Of a DNA stretch of 64,000 nucleotides, positions 25,744-37,637 are shown piece by piece. Numbering within the stretch: position 1 is the stretch's first letter; every line of letters starts with the position of its first letter. Made by a program: the position numbers and the translations under genes. Below the pieces are notes generated by a model that saw only the letters and a program-made list of their open reading frames with translations, made no database searches and had not been told where the DNA came from. Location of the stretch: NCBI RefSeq assembly GCF_000143415.4, contig NW_003314395.1, positions 124,001 to 188,000 of the forward strand, in the 5' to 3' direction. The stretch comes from Selaginella moellendorffii. Taxonomy: Eukaryota > Plantae > Lycopodiophyta.

Positions 25744-26168
25744 TACCCCCGTAAGCCCCTCAAAAGCTGCCCTAAAGAAAGTGGAATATGCATTTGGCGA
25801 CCGGGGCAAGGCGAAAGCACCGATTGACGCATTTGATAGCAACAAACCGGTGAGCGTATCAAACCAGGCAGCTTAATTTTTCTCACTACTTGCTATGTAA
25901 CGGCCGAGCTAGTTCTTTTGTCGCGCCCTTCGTTCGTTCTTTTCTTTCCCAAAACCATAACTGTTCTTCCTATAACTTTTTTTCTCGCTTTATTTTTTCG
26001 TTTTTTCATGAAGTTTTTCATGGTCTGGGATTGAATGCTCGATCCAAATGCCTCTCTATCTCTAGTGTGGGTGTTTTCGATTGAACATCCACTAAGAATG
26101 GTTCTAAGGCTGTGTTTTCTCGTTTTTGCTTGGTTCTTTCTCTGATCTAGCACCTCTCTAGCACCTCT

Positions 26169-28096
26169 CTAGCACCTCCATGCCGACGCTCCAATGATCG
26201 CTCGGTCTTGCCACCCGAGTAACAAGCAGCCCTTGTCCTCCACAAGCGTGTATCCATCCGTCTGGTAGAGCCTGAGCAGAAGCTTGGACTGATGAACAGC
26301 ACTGGGACTGAGTGCTACGTTGTAGAAGCCAATGCTCTCCATGATCTTACACCACTTGTCCACCTTCTCGTGCCTCACGATCCTCTGGCTCCCCTCGCAA
26401 GCCACAATGTTCATGATCTCGGACGAGAACACCACTTGCTCCACCTTGGCTCTCTCGGGGCTCACCTGCGGCAGCGTCGCCTCGAGCGAGTCGAAGATCG
26501 CCGAGTAGTAATGCATCGCCTCGAGAAACCTCTTGAGGAACGAGTTCGTGTTGTGGCTCGCCTCCTGCTCGACCAGCGTCACGATCCTCGGCGCTTGCTC
26601 GCGTATCATGCTGAGGATTCGCACCACCGGATTCACGACTAGATGGTCGTCGGTGAAAAGCCTGTGGAATCGATCGATGCAGTTCACTGCCAGTGCCTCG
26701 CCGTGTCTCCGGTGTAACATATGAGACTGCAAGTCCTCGAGCCTCTCCCCGACGGCGTGATACTCGAACGGGACGCGTAGAGTCGCGGCTAAGTCGGCTA
26801 GTCGCTTCCCAGTTTCTTGGACGGCCTCGAGCGGCATTCCCACGCCCGTGATTCTCAAGTGTGGAGCTCCTCCTTGCCTGGCTGCGAGTGCTTGCATGAA
26901 GGCTGGCCACTGATAACCCTGCAAGATCTCCAGGTCGATGATATGGACGCTTTGCTCGCCCTCGAAAGCTTCGAAGATCGCCTGGTTTGAGGTGAAGTGC
27001 GCGAACTTGATGTAGGGGCAGACTTGGTAGAGGATGTGGTAAGCTCCCAGGATTTCTTCCAGGGATGCTGGATCGTAGGCTCGCAGGGCAGTGTAGGATC
27101 GATAGCCGGTTCCGTTGAGACGAGCGTAAAGAGCGTCCGTGAAGTGAGTTGCGACTCGGTGGATGGAATCGCCGGTTGGAGAGGCGAGCTGCTTGAGTTG
27201 GTGGAGGAGGTTTCCAGCGTAGATGTAGTCTTCTTGGTCGATTTTCTCGCCGCAGCCGAGCAGCATGTGGATCAGCTGAAGCCCACCGACGTGAACAGTC
27301 TGTAGAGAGGATTTAGCAAGCCAAAATCTGGTTTTTGCATTCTTCCGAGAGGATTGGAGGAGGTGTTTACCTGAGCTCGCAGCAGTGTCGAAGGATCCTG
27401 GTCCAACAGTCCCTGCAGTGGGCTTGTGAGTGAAGATGGAGATGGAGGAGCTGGAAGTGGAGCAGCCATTTTCTTGCTGGAAGTTCCTCCCGGAGAGTGG
27501 TGGTGATTTAGAGGCGACGTCGAGTGGTTTAGAGAAGTTGGCAGGGATCGAGGAGCTACGGCGATGCTCGTAGTATTTGAAGAACAAAACGACTTGGTCT
27601 TCGATAGGTTCTTGGTGGTCGCGAGAGAAGAAGGAGAAGAAGAAGAGGTATGTTGGAAACTCTCCAAGTGAGGAGCACTGGGAACTTTATGGAGCAGCCC
27701 CGAGTCGCTGCTAAACATGGGCTCGCGGAACAAAGGCTCGAATTCCGCGCTGTAATTACCAAAGTGTTCTTGCGATGGCGAGGAACTGGACGATCCAGCA
27801 GCAGAGATGCGATCATACTTCGGTGGCAATGGTGGTGGTGTGGCTGTTCTTCCGACGATCGATGCTAGATCATCTCCGGACGATGGTGGCGGCTTGATCA
27901 CCTCCTCGTCAAAGCCAAGCTGCTCGAAACTTCTCTCTGGGAGAATCTGGTGGAGGCTCTCGGGCTCGAGAAGATCGTCCATGAGATCCATCCATGACGA
28001 ATCCGGGGACTGGAGGAGACAAGCATCATCCAGCTCGAAGATCTCGGCTTTTGGATCGATGAGCGCCTTTGTTCCACACAGAGAATCTTGCATCAT
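26169..28096 (-). CDS. RAM1: GRAS transcription factor, RAM1 clade (intron 27300-27370; 618 aa)
   Basis: [46 protein letters not shown], HxVGExLEDL..HM..RR.GEALAVN and [22 protein letters not shown] closely match legume RAM1 as recalled. Confidence 0.85.
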
Positions 28097-28385
28097 GTTT
28101 GCTTCTCTCCTCTCTTTTTTTCCCCTCTTTTTTTACTTCTATCGACTATAGCATCTCCTTTTGAGCATAGATCTTTCTATCTCCATCTATCTATTCATCT
28201 ACGAGTCTATGACACTAGAGAAAGCATGGCACACGATTAATGGAGGGCGACGTAGATATCGACATGCAAACCAAACTTACGTTGTCGCGCAGCATTTTGG
28301 CGGGACATTTGAGTTGTAATATACGTTTTTTGTCTCTAGGGCTAGGGTTTTTGGAGCGCCACGAAGGGCGATGGTCGCGGCAGCA

Positions 28386-30108
28386 ATGCCGGATCTTCAA
28401 GCTGCGGTCGACGATTTCGTCATCAAGCTCAAACGCAGGTGTGAGAATCCTCCTTTCTTTCGTTTGATTCGATCTTCTAGATCGGTATTTCCTGGTGGAA
28501 TCCTGATGGCTTGTGGATTTTAATGGCTGGCGCAAATGCTTCTCGCTCACCTGATTTTTCTCTTCGATGATCAGACAAGTGGAGGGGTCTCTGGCCACCG
28601 CAAAATCGACTGTGCTTCTACTTAGGCAAGTGGTTTCGCACCAAAGAATTCCCTCGTCCGGCCCAGCTTCGAGCCTGATTGATGCTGTCAAGTCTGTGGG
28701 ATCGCGCTTGATAGCAGCCAACTCCATGGGTCAGTGTGTTGTTTTCTCCCTCTTCTCTTTTCCTCAGATTTTTTTTTTTTTTTCTTGCAGAGCTTGCTGT
28801 CGGTAACATGGTTCGTCGAGTTCTACACATAATTCGCGAAGAAGAAGCCACGATTGTTGCGGCTCAAGTTGGAGTTACTCCCGTGTCCGACAGTGATGAC
28901 GATGCGGACGTCGATGGTGTTCCTGGACTTTCGGCTGTTGCTCTGGCAGCTGCAAATAGAACTGCTCTGAGAGCTCCTTCGCTTCACAATCTGCTGGAAT
29001 CACTTCCAACTTCTGCCGGAGCTAACGTGGAACCTGTGCCCGAGTCCGATACCAAAAGCAGATGTAAGTGTTTTTATTTCACTTGCAATCGCTGCTGATA
29101 TTTGTAGTTTTTGTGCAGCGAGTGACAAGAACTCTAAGAGCTGGAAGCTGAAGCACGGTGTAATCGACGCCATTGGTCTCCTTCTTGGCGAAATCGAGAA
29201 CTATCATTCGGAGATTTCAGAGCAAGCGCTGGAGCATATACACCAAAAGCAAGTCCTTACTTTCTCTGGCCTTGACGTGTAAATGTTCTCTGCTCGTCCG
29301 TTACAGCGAGGTGATCCTCACGCTTGGACGATCAAGGTCACTGCTTCACTTTTTTCGAGAGGCGAAGAAGAAAAGATCGTTTCAGGTTTTTGTAGCTGAA
29401 GGAGCTCCAAGGTAACTTAATCTACATTCTACATTTACTGATTCCAGAGGCAGGTACCAAGGACATAAATTCGCCAAAGAGCTTGCTGCAATGGAGCTAC
29501 AAACAACAGTTATCACAGACTCTGCTGTGTTTGCATTGATCTCTCGCGTCAATATGGTAAACGTTGGAGCGTATCCTGTAGATACTGGAAGCTGAGAATT
29601 TTCTCTGGAAGGTTATTGTAGGCGCTCATGCTGTTATGGCCAATGGTGGGATAGTCGCCCCGGTTGGCATGCATATGGTGGCTCTCGCAGCTCGTCGTCA
29701 CGCGGTTCCTTTCGTGGTTCTCACAGGTCTCCACAAGGTGAGCGAGAAACTCACTACATGTATATCCTAACGGTCTGCCTACGCGATCCAGCTCTGTCCA
29801 TTGTACCCACACAATCCATCGGTTGTACTGAACGAGCTAAAGTCGCCTTCGCAAGTTTTGGATTTCGGAGAGATGTCCGACTGCCTGGATGGCACCGACG
29901 GCTCTCCAGTTCATGTGGTGAATCCCATGTTCGACTACGTGCCGCCAGAACTCATCAGCCTGTTCATCACCGACTCGTAAGTTTCCATGAGTTGTTTGAT
30001 CTGTGAACTGATTTGAGTCACACATTACTTTTTTTGTGCAGTGGTGGCCACAATCCATCCTATGTGTATAGGCTCGTAGCGGAGATTTACAGCCCTGAGG
30101 ATCACTAA
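28386..30108 (+). CDS. eIF2B-beta: Translation initiation factor eIF2B beta subunit, multi-exon
   Basis: VEGSLATAK, ELAVGNMVRRVLHIIREE, EVILTLG, FVAEGAP, VGAHAVMANGG, VVNPMFDYVPPELISLFITD and GGHNPSYVYRL. Confidence 0.93.
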
Positions 30109-30284
30109 GTAGGAGAAGCGCGAGAAGACGAAGTTTGTGAAGGTTTGGATCATTTCCTCTATAGATGTTTTATCTTATGAGAGCTGTGCTATTTGACACA
30201 GCTATTTTTCTCAAGAGGCACTCCCGAATACTATACAGAGCTCTAGCTTTTTTTTGGATTATAAGGTGGATCTCATGCATCTTC

Positions 30285-32336
30285 ATGGAAAGAAGCCAAT
30301 GCGTGGAGCTCATCGAGAGTTGCAAGAGCTTCACCGCAGCGCAGGAGCTCCACAAAAAACTGCGCAACTCGATTCGCTCCACCGATTATTTTCTGTGCAA
30401 CAAGCTCATCCAGATGCACACGCGCTGCGGCACAGTGAGGCAGGCCCGCGAGATCTTCGACAGCCTCTCAACCAAGCGGGCCTTCTCCTGGAATCTCATG
30501 CTCTCCGCCTACGCCCGAAATGGCCGCCTGGAGGAAGCGCAAGACCTCTTCGACGCGATGCCGGAACCGGAGCTAGCGACCTGGAACACCATGCTCTCGG
30601 GGTATGCCCAAAGTGGGCATTTCCGCAGAGCCCAAGAGATCTTCGACTCCATGCCGTGCAAAGACATCGTTTCCTGGAACGCCATCCTCGCTGCCTACAC
30701 CCAGAACGGGAATCTCGACGAAACCGAGGCTCTTTTCGATCGCATTCCTTCACCCAATCTCGTGTCTTGCAACTCCATCCTGGCAGCATATGCCCATAGC
30801 GGGCATCCCTCTAAAGCTAAGAAAGTTTTCGAGGCAATGCCACTTCAGGACTTGATCTCCTGGAATGCTTTGTTAACTGGATTTGCGCAAGGTGGCGAAA
30901 CGGGTGAGGCTGAGAAAGTCTTCCTAGCGATGCCGCAAAGAGACATAATCTCTTGGAATGCAATGATTACAGCGCATGCCCAAACTGGGCATATTGAGCG
31001 TGCGAGAGATGCCTTTGATCGAATGCCAGAACACGATCTAATCTCGTGCACGGCTCTATTGGGCGGGTTTTCTCAGAGCGGCGACCTGGAAGCCACAAAG
31101 AGACTGTTTGATTTGATGCCACAGCGTGATTCCGTTGCCTGGACTGCAATGCTCGCAGCATATGCCCATAACCGGCATCTTGCAAGAGCAAAGGAAATGT
31201 TTGATGAGATGCCAGTCAGGGACCGAGTATCTTGGAACGCCATGGTCTCGGCATATGCCCAAAATGGGCACCTCAAAGATGCACAGAATATGCTTGACCA
31301 GATGCCGTGTGGCGATGCCGTGTCCTGGAGCACGATGCTCGGCGCATACGCCGCTTCTGGTGACGTGGCCAAGGCGGAGGGGATATTCAAGAAAATGCCA
31401 CAGCAGAGCCTTGTGGCGTGCAACGCGATGCTGTCGGCATATGCCCATTACGGGCATCTTGAAGATGCCAAGCGCGTGTTTGAGTATATGCCCAGGCAGG
31501 ACCTTGTATCGTGGAACGCAATGCTGTGCGCATATGCCGCAAACGGGCATCTTGAAGAGGCTAGAGGCATTTTTGTAAAAATGCCTCAACAAGATGTGGT
31601 GTCGTACACCGCCATGTTGGCTGTCTTTGTACAGCATGGGCATGTAGAAGAGGCCAAGTACATCTTCGATACGATGCCTCAAAGGGACCAAGTGTCGTGG
31701 AACGCAATGCTTGCGGCATATTCCCAGTCACGGCATTTGGAGTATGCACTTCAGTTATTCCACGGGATGCCACAGCGTGATTCCGTGTCTTGGAATACAA
31801 TGGTGTTCGCATACTCACAGGCCGGTCACCTGGAATGTGCGTGGAAACTTTTCAATGCAATGCCTGAACGAAATGTGATATCGTGGAGCTCAGTATTGGC
31901 TGCGTATGCCCAGAACGGGCATACCCGCGAGGCTTTTCAATTGTTTGATAGCATGAAAGTAGAAACCATACCGGATGAGATTTGCTTTATTCTTGTGCTG
32001 ATCGCAACAAGCAGAGCTGGGAAAGTTTATGACGCAAGGACTCGCTTCGTTTCCATGGTATATGATTTTAGAATAAGAGCTTTGAAGCAGCACTACTGCT
32101 GTCTTCTGGACGTGATTGCGAGAGCCGGATACCTTCACGAGGCCGAGGATCTTATCACAAGTATGCCTTTTGTTCCAAAGGTTTTGGAGTGGACATGCTT
32201 GCTTGCGGCCTGCAAGAGTTACAACGATCTTGAGAGAGGAGCCAGGATGACAAGCCGAGCTGTGGAGTCCGACCCCAGCAATGGATCTGTCTACGTGCTG
32301 CTTGCCAACACTTACTATGGAGGGGTCAATGCGTGA
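30285..32336 (+). CDS. PLS-class PPR protein with a long run of 31-aa S-type repeats and a C-terminal E domain (no DYW)
   Basis: Tandem A..F..MP.RD.VSWN.ML.AYAQ.G repeats; HYCCLLDVIARAGYLHEAEDLI..MPF.P...W..LL.AC and YVLLANTY. An in-frame ATG at 30165 is an alternative start. Confidence 0.93.
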   Translation: MERSQCVELIESCKSFTAAQELHKKLRNSIRSTDYFLCNKLIQMHTRCGTVRQAREIFDSLSTKRAFSWNLMLSAYARNGRLEEAQDLFDAMPEPELATWNTMLSGYAQSGHFRRAQEIFDSMPCKDIVSWNAILAAYTQNGNLDETEALFDRIPSPNLVSCNSILAAYAHSGHPSKAKKVFEAMPLQDLISWNALLTGFAQGGETGEAEKVFLAMPQRDIISWNAMITAHAQTGHIERARDAFDRMPEHDLISCTALLGGFSQSGDLEATKRLFDLMPQRDSVAWTAMLAAYAHNRHLARAKEMFDEMPVRDRVSWNAMVSAYAQNGHLKDAQNMLDQMPCGDAVSWSTMLGAYAASGDVAKAEGIFKKMPQQSLVACNAMLSAYAHYGHLEDAKRVFEYMPRQDLVSWNAMLCAYAANGHLEEARGIFVKMPQQDVVSYTAMLAVFVQHGHVEEAKYIFDTMPQRDQVSWNAMLAAYSQSRHLEYALQLFHGMPQRDSVSWNTMVFAYSQAGHLECAWKLFNAMPERNVISWSSVLAAYAQNGHTREAFQLFDSMKVETIPDEICFILVLIATSRAGKVYDARTRFVSMVYDFRIRALKQHYCCLLDVIARAGYLHEAEDLITSMPFVPKVLEWTCLLAACKSYNDLERGARMTSRAVESDPSNGSVYVLLANTYYGGVNA

Positions 32337-33136
32337 GCGACATGAGTGGAACTGTAATTGAGCATCTAAGATCGCTGGACTCTGGGTAGTCGGCTCGCAT
32401 CTTAGATCTCAACTGTGAGAGGATATCCATTTTTTTCTGACAACGAACTTCTTTTCTATTATAGAATGTTCGCAATGATCCATCCATTCTTTTCCTTGTT
32501 GCTGTTGTTCTGTAGACTTTTCTAAGAGGTTTATTGATGCGACTACAGACTTAGTATATAACATACCCTTTCTCTACTGTGCTTCTGTCAACATTTGATT
32601 TGTATGGGATTCAAATTTTGTTACAAGCACAGAAAGGTGAATACATTATATTTACATATTTACTGAAGATCAGTAAAAATCTATGGTATAATATTTGGAA
32701 TATATAATTTACTCATTCTTAAATAGCACACCTTTGATGTTATAAGATATATATACATATGTATAAACACAACTATTATATGGTGTATAGATATAGATAT
32801 ATAAGGATAACAAATACAATTAGGATTATCCTAGTGCACTAGGACATATTACATAGATATACATCTTTAATTAGTACAGAATTAAACTAAACTAAAAGTG
32901 ATTACATGTTTTATATTTTTATGTTTATTAATTTTTTATATAGCAATTAACAAGGAATAGTAAAGAAAAATAATTTCTTTATATAAAGTACTAACTTTTT
33001 TTAGCTTTTAAATATTTTATAAACTTCCTTATAATTATAATATTTTAAGACTAGAAACCTTAGTAGAAAGTTTCAATTAAAGAAGCTAAAATATATAGTT
33101 TCAATAGTTATGAATTTATCTAAAACGTCATTAAAC

Positions 33137-33991
33137 ATGAAAATCTTAACCATCTTTATATTTAGTGTAAATATCTTATATAGTATATATTGTTTTATTC
33201 CTAAAGGAACTGTTTTATGGGGCAGAAATAACACTTTAAATGAAGAAGAAATTGAAAATGTTTTAACTCAAATAAATAATCTTATATCAGAAATAATAAC
33301 AACAAGATACTATCCACATGATTATGAAAATTCTTTATCTTTTGATTTTTTATGAGGTGTTATTGTTACACAAATTGAACGTATACCAAATAATTATCAA
33401 CATTGTTTAATTAGAAATACAAATTTTGTAAATGGAGCCTCACTTTCTAGAAGTTTACATAATTTATTAAATATATATAAGAATGATATAATAAATACTC
33501 GTTCAAATTCTTGTCAAATTAATGGTTATACATATCAAATTCGATACTCTTTCTTTTTTTATAAAAATTTATTAAACTCAGACTTATTTGATAATAAAAT
33601 AGCTATAAAAGATAAATGCCTAACAACCTTAAATGCTGGATTTGAAAATAATATTCTTTATACAGGGCAATTTTTAAGATCTACAAATGGAAAAAACATA
33701 TTATTAATTGAATCAAATTGTAAAGTTTCATTATATTCTGGAAAAAATACTTTATGGAGATCAAATAATAAAGAAACTTACTATGGTTTGTGCTTTCTAA
33801 AACTTCAGATTGATGGTAATCTTGTACTATATACAAAAACAAATAGAGTAATGTGGTCTATTAATCAATACTGTTCTAGTAGTCCAAATTGTTTTTTATT
33901 TACTTATATTAAATTGGAAGATAATTGTAATTTGGTATCTTATATAATACATAGTAGAAACGTTTGGTGGACTACCAATATAATTGATTAA
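33137..33991 (+). pseudogene. Secreted protein with C-terminal bulb-type (GNA/B) lectin domain, one in-frame TGA at 33353-33355
   Basis: Signal peptide MKILTIFIFSVNILYSIYC. The same frame continues after the TGA to NILYTGQFL...LIESNCKVSLY...LWRSN...LKLQIDGNLVLY...VMWS...LEDNCNLVSY...WWT. Confidence 0.8.
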
Positions 33992-36123
33992 ACTGGATGT
34001 TTAAATTAACAGTAAATTTGTTTTAAGCTATCAATAAACTTAATAATGACTTTTATTTACTTTTGGTTTTCTTGGGTGTAAAATTTTCCTAGAATATATA
34101 AGTACATTCTTTTCTCTAATTCTTTTCTACTCAATTTTTCACTAATTTTCTCTATTTACCATATTTAACTCTGTAATTAAATTGTTAAATATTCTTATTA
34201 AGAATTAGAAGTAAAACATTACAATTTTACTAACTTTCTGGATAGACTTACAAACATACCTTTAACTTTCTTCTATGCTTCTATACATGTATCATAGTAA
34301 GGTTTAAGACTCTCATATCTGGATCACTTCAAACCTCCAAGAAGTACCCTGAAAAGCTTCTCTATAGTGGTAATAAGTGCAACAAAGTGGGATGATTGAG
34401 AGAAGTGGATGGAAAATTAAATGCCAAAAGTCATAAGGCTTGGTTCCATGTGTCCCTCTAGAGGAAGTTTTTTAAGGGGGGAAACTTTTAACCCCTTGTT
34501 CCATGCACCCCACCAGTGACATGGTAGTGGAAATGGGAGGAAGGGGGCAATTGGGTGTCCTCTTTGAAAATTTCTCCAGGTGCCTGGAACCTGGTAGAAC
34601 AAGTCAATAAAATAGTGCTACGTGTAAAAATAATAATCATTACTTAGAAAAGACAAAATGAATTTAGCTGAGTTGGCAAAAACTATATTATCATGTGGCA
34701 TTTTCAAGGGTGGGTTACATATAACCTTAAGATTTTAGAAGAGGGGAGTTTTTTTTTCTAGGGTGGAGAAATTTCCAGGTGGGGGACATATGGAAACCAA
34801 TAGTTGAATTATGCCAAAACACTAAAACTCTACAATAAATAAAGTGTATTGCATTGGAGAAAGTCCTCATAATACCAAAGAGAAAGATGAAAGATGGAAC
34901 AGTTGGACGAATAAGCAATGTTGTGGAGAATGAATAATGAAGAAAAATAGGACTGTGAAAAGTGTGTAGATGGTGAAAAGAGAGGGTTGAAAGAGATGTG
35001 AAAAAAATTGATGAATGTAGCAAAACTTGGGAAAACTTGAGCTTTTAGATGATCAAGATTACCTAAACAAGAGATTGCTTCACAATGAACCTATGACTTC
35101 AGATTTGAAAGTAAGACAAAGAAAGAGAAAAAAAAAAGAGAAAAGAAAGTGGGGAAGAAGTCATTGCAGTAGAGATGGCAGTGAGATGATGTGTCATGAG
35201 GATGTAGAGGGCTGGAAGCTCTAACACAAGACATGCTGGATGTCTTCTGTCATTCTAGATGCCAAAGTCAGGAACTTGCACCAATATTCTAAACTCTGTG
35301 ATGTTTAGGTCACACAAAGCCGAAAGCTGTGTTGTAAGGGTTGCAAGCTGAGTGGAAAACTCTAAGTTGAGATCCCTTACCCATGCAGTGTAGGAGATGG
35401 TGCAAAGAGTCTTGGAGATCTGAGAGTCAGCCGAAACACTTGCTTTCACCACCTTTGTCACTATGAAGCTGTGGAAACAGCAAACTGCTCTAAACAGGTG
35501 AAGTTGTGCCATGGCCATGCAAGCTGTGCAGTGCAGCACAGATTCACAAAGCCGGCAGTAAAACCTTGACTGGTAAACCTAGTGGGTGAAATTGCTTTAA
35601 TGTTGAATTTATATTATTTTAAGGGCTGAGATTAAAGGCAGTATTTTGGGTTTATAATCTAATAAAAATGTTACTAATAGAATCAGTAAAGTCAAACAAT
35701 TCTCTATGTCTTTAGTTATAATGGTTTTATGAGGAGAGAAGGTCTTTCATGTTGCAAAGGTAACCACATGACATCTATGACAAAGGCCTTTAATGTTTTT
35801 GCAAAATAATAAGATTCTAAATTAGATTATAAAATCAAAAATAAAAAGTATAAGACTGATTTTGCTATGAACTTTATAGTTGATTTAATTAATTCTAACT
35901 CCCTGGAGACTTGGCTCTCTAAGCCCCCATATGTTAAAGGAATTTAAAAATTAATTATTGGGTTTGTAGTGTTTTCCCTCTATTTTAAAAACTAGCTCTC
36001 ATATTTAAAACTAAAAAATAATTAAAATTTATTTTCAAATTTTTTATTCATTAATATTCTATTTTATACAAAATTGATGTAATATCCAGAAAAAATGGAA
36101 ATGTCCTATGAGACATCTAGAGC

Positions 36124-36127
<4 letters not shown>

Positions 36128-36183
<56 letters not shown>
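36128..36183. repeat. (TA)n microsatellite
   Basis: Uninterrupted TA run. Confidence 0.97.
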
Positions 36184-36186
<3 letters not shown>

Positions 36187-37637
36187 TTTTATAAATGAAA
36201 ATGTTTCTATTGTGTCTCTAGAAGATCCATAAAAATTATAGTTTAGATATGATAGAATTTCATTTAAAATGATTTTAATATTATTTACTTAAATCCTTTA
36301 TATAAATATAAATATGTATATACATATACATACATACATATATGGCCAATTATCTTGCAATAATATTTATAAAGAGTTTCATAATTGTGACAGTGTGGCT
36401 CACCAAGTATATGGTATTATTTGACCACTCTTTAGACACTTATTGGTGTCAATGATGCTGTGTAAGTAGATGCCCTAATACTTTAGCTTGCAATACAGTG
36501 TAAAAAAATTATGTCAAGACCATATATTCAATGTGCTAAGGGAAATTTACTGTCAATACATTAGAGTTTCATAGATGACTGCATGCTGAAACCATATGGG
36601 GAATCAACTTTGCAAAAATCACTCTAGGCAACTATGAGTTAATGCAACTCTTATCACTCTCTAATCCATTTTATATCCTGTGTATATTTGTTTGCCCATA
36701 ATCCCCCATATCACACATTATAAGAAAAGCTCCTCAAGTGAACCATAGAAACACTCTTGAGAGGATACATCTCTTCCCAACCTATAATTTTAAGATACCA
36801 ATGCAATGTGCATCAATCCATCCCTCAATTTAACACTCACCATACAAAAACTTCTTTATTTGTTACAAAACCATTCAATTACAAAGTGTTTTTTATTACC
36901 CTCAATGCCCTGTGATGGCAAACTCAACTTGTGTTTAAAATTTAGCTTGTATACTGAAAAATGTTATGCCTACAAAGTCTAAACCCTATTGTTGATGTGT
37001 CAAAAAAGCTGATGACTATATTCTATCTATAGAAAAATCATTGTGTTGACATATATGTGTATAACAATTCAAATACAAATTTGTGTTAATTTTATATATC
37101 TTACAAACTTTTACATTTTTTTACAAGGCTGCCCACCTGAGTTACTCCTACCAAAACCTACCATCACAAATCTCAAAATTTATATTGGTGGATTTCAAAT
37201 AGGAGGAAAGTTCCTCTATATTTGGTCCTTTACAAATTGCTTTTTGAGTTATTTTCTTTAGTTTTTTCTAATTTATTATACTTCTTTGCAAGTTTATGCT
37301 TTTGTGAATGAAATTTAAAAACTTTGAAAGCATTATTCTTTTGTCACTCTACCCTTTGGGTCAAATTAACCAAACCAAACTAAATTGCCAAATGTCAACC
37401 AAACCAGATTAGATTGCTAAATGTTAATCTCAATATATAATATAATTTTCAAGCTAATAAATAAAATCACTTGTTATACCAAATGTAAACTCTTGATTTA
37501 AACCTCAAAATCTCAAAAATCTCAAATTGAAGTTAAGTTATGCTTTAACAATACACATAAAATCCATCTTATTCCCCCGTATCTAGCCGGGGAAAATATC
37601 TAAAGAGTATTTCTAATATTCCAAAAGTAACTACCAA

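Noticed and set aside
33353-33355. Selenocysteine or alternative genetic code at the TGA
   Set aside because: Land plants lack Sec machinery, TGG is used for Trp in the same ORF, and a point mutation is simpler.
34400-35600. Short ORFs and G/C runs as a possible DNA transposon
   Set aside because: No transposase motifs or terminal inverted repeats identified.
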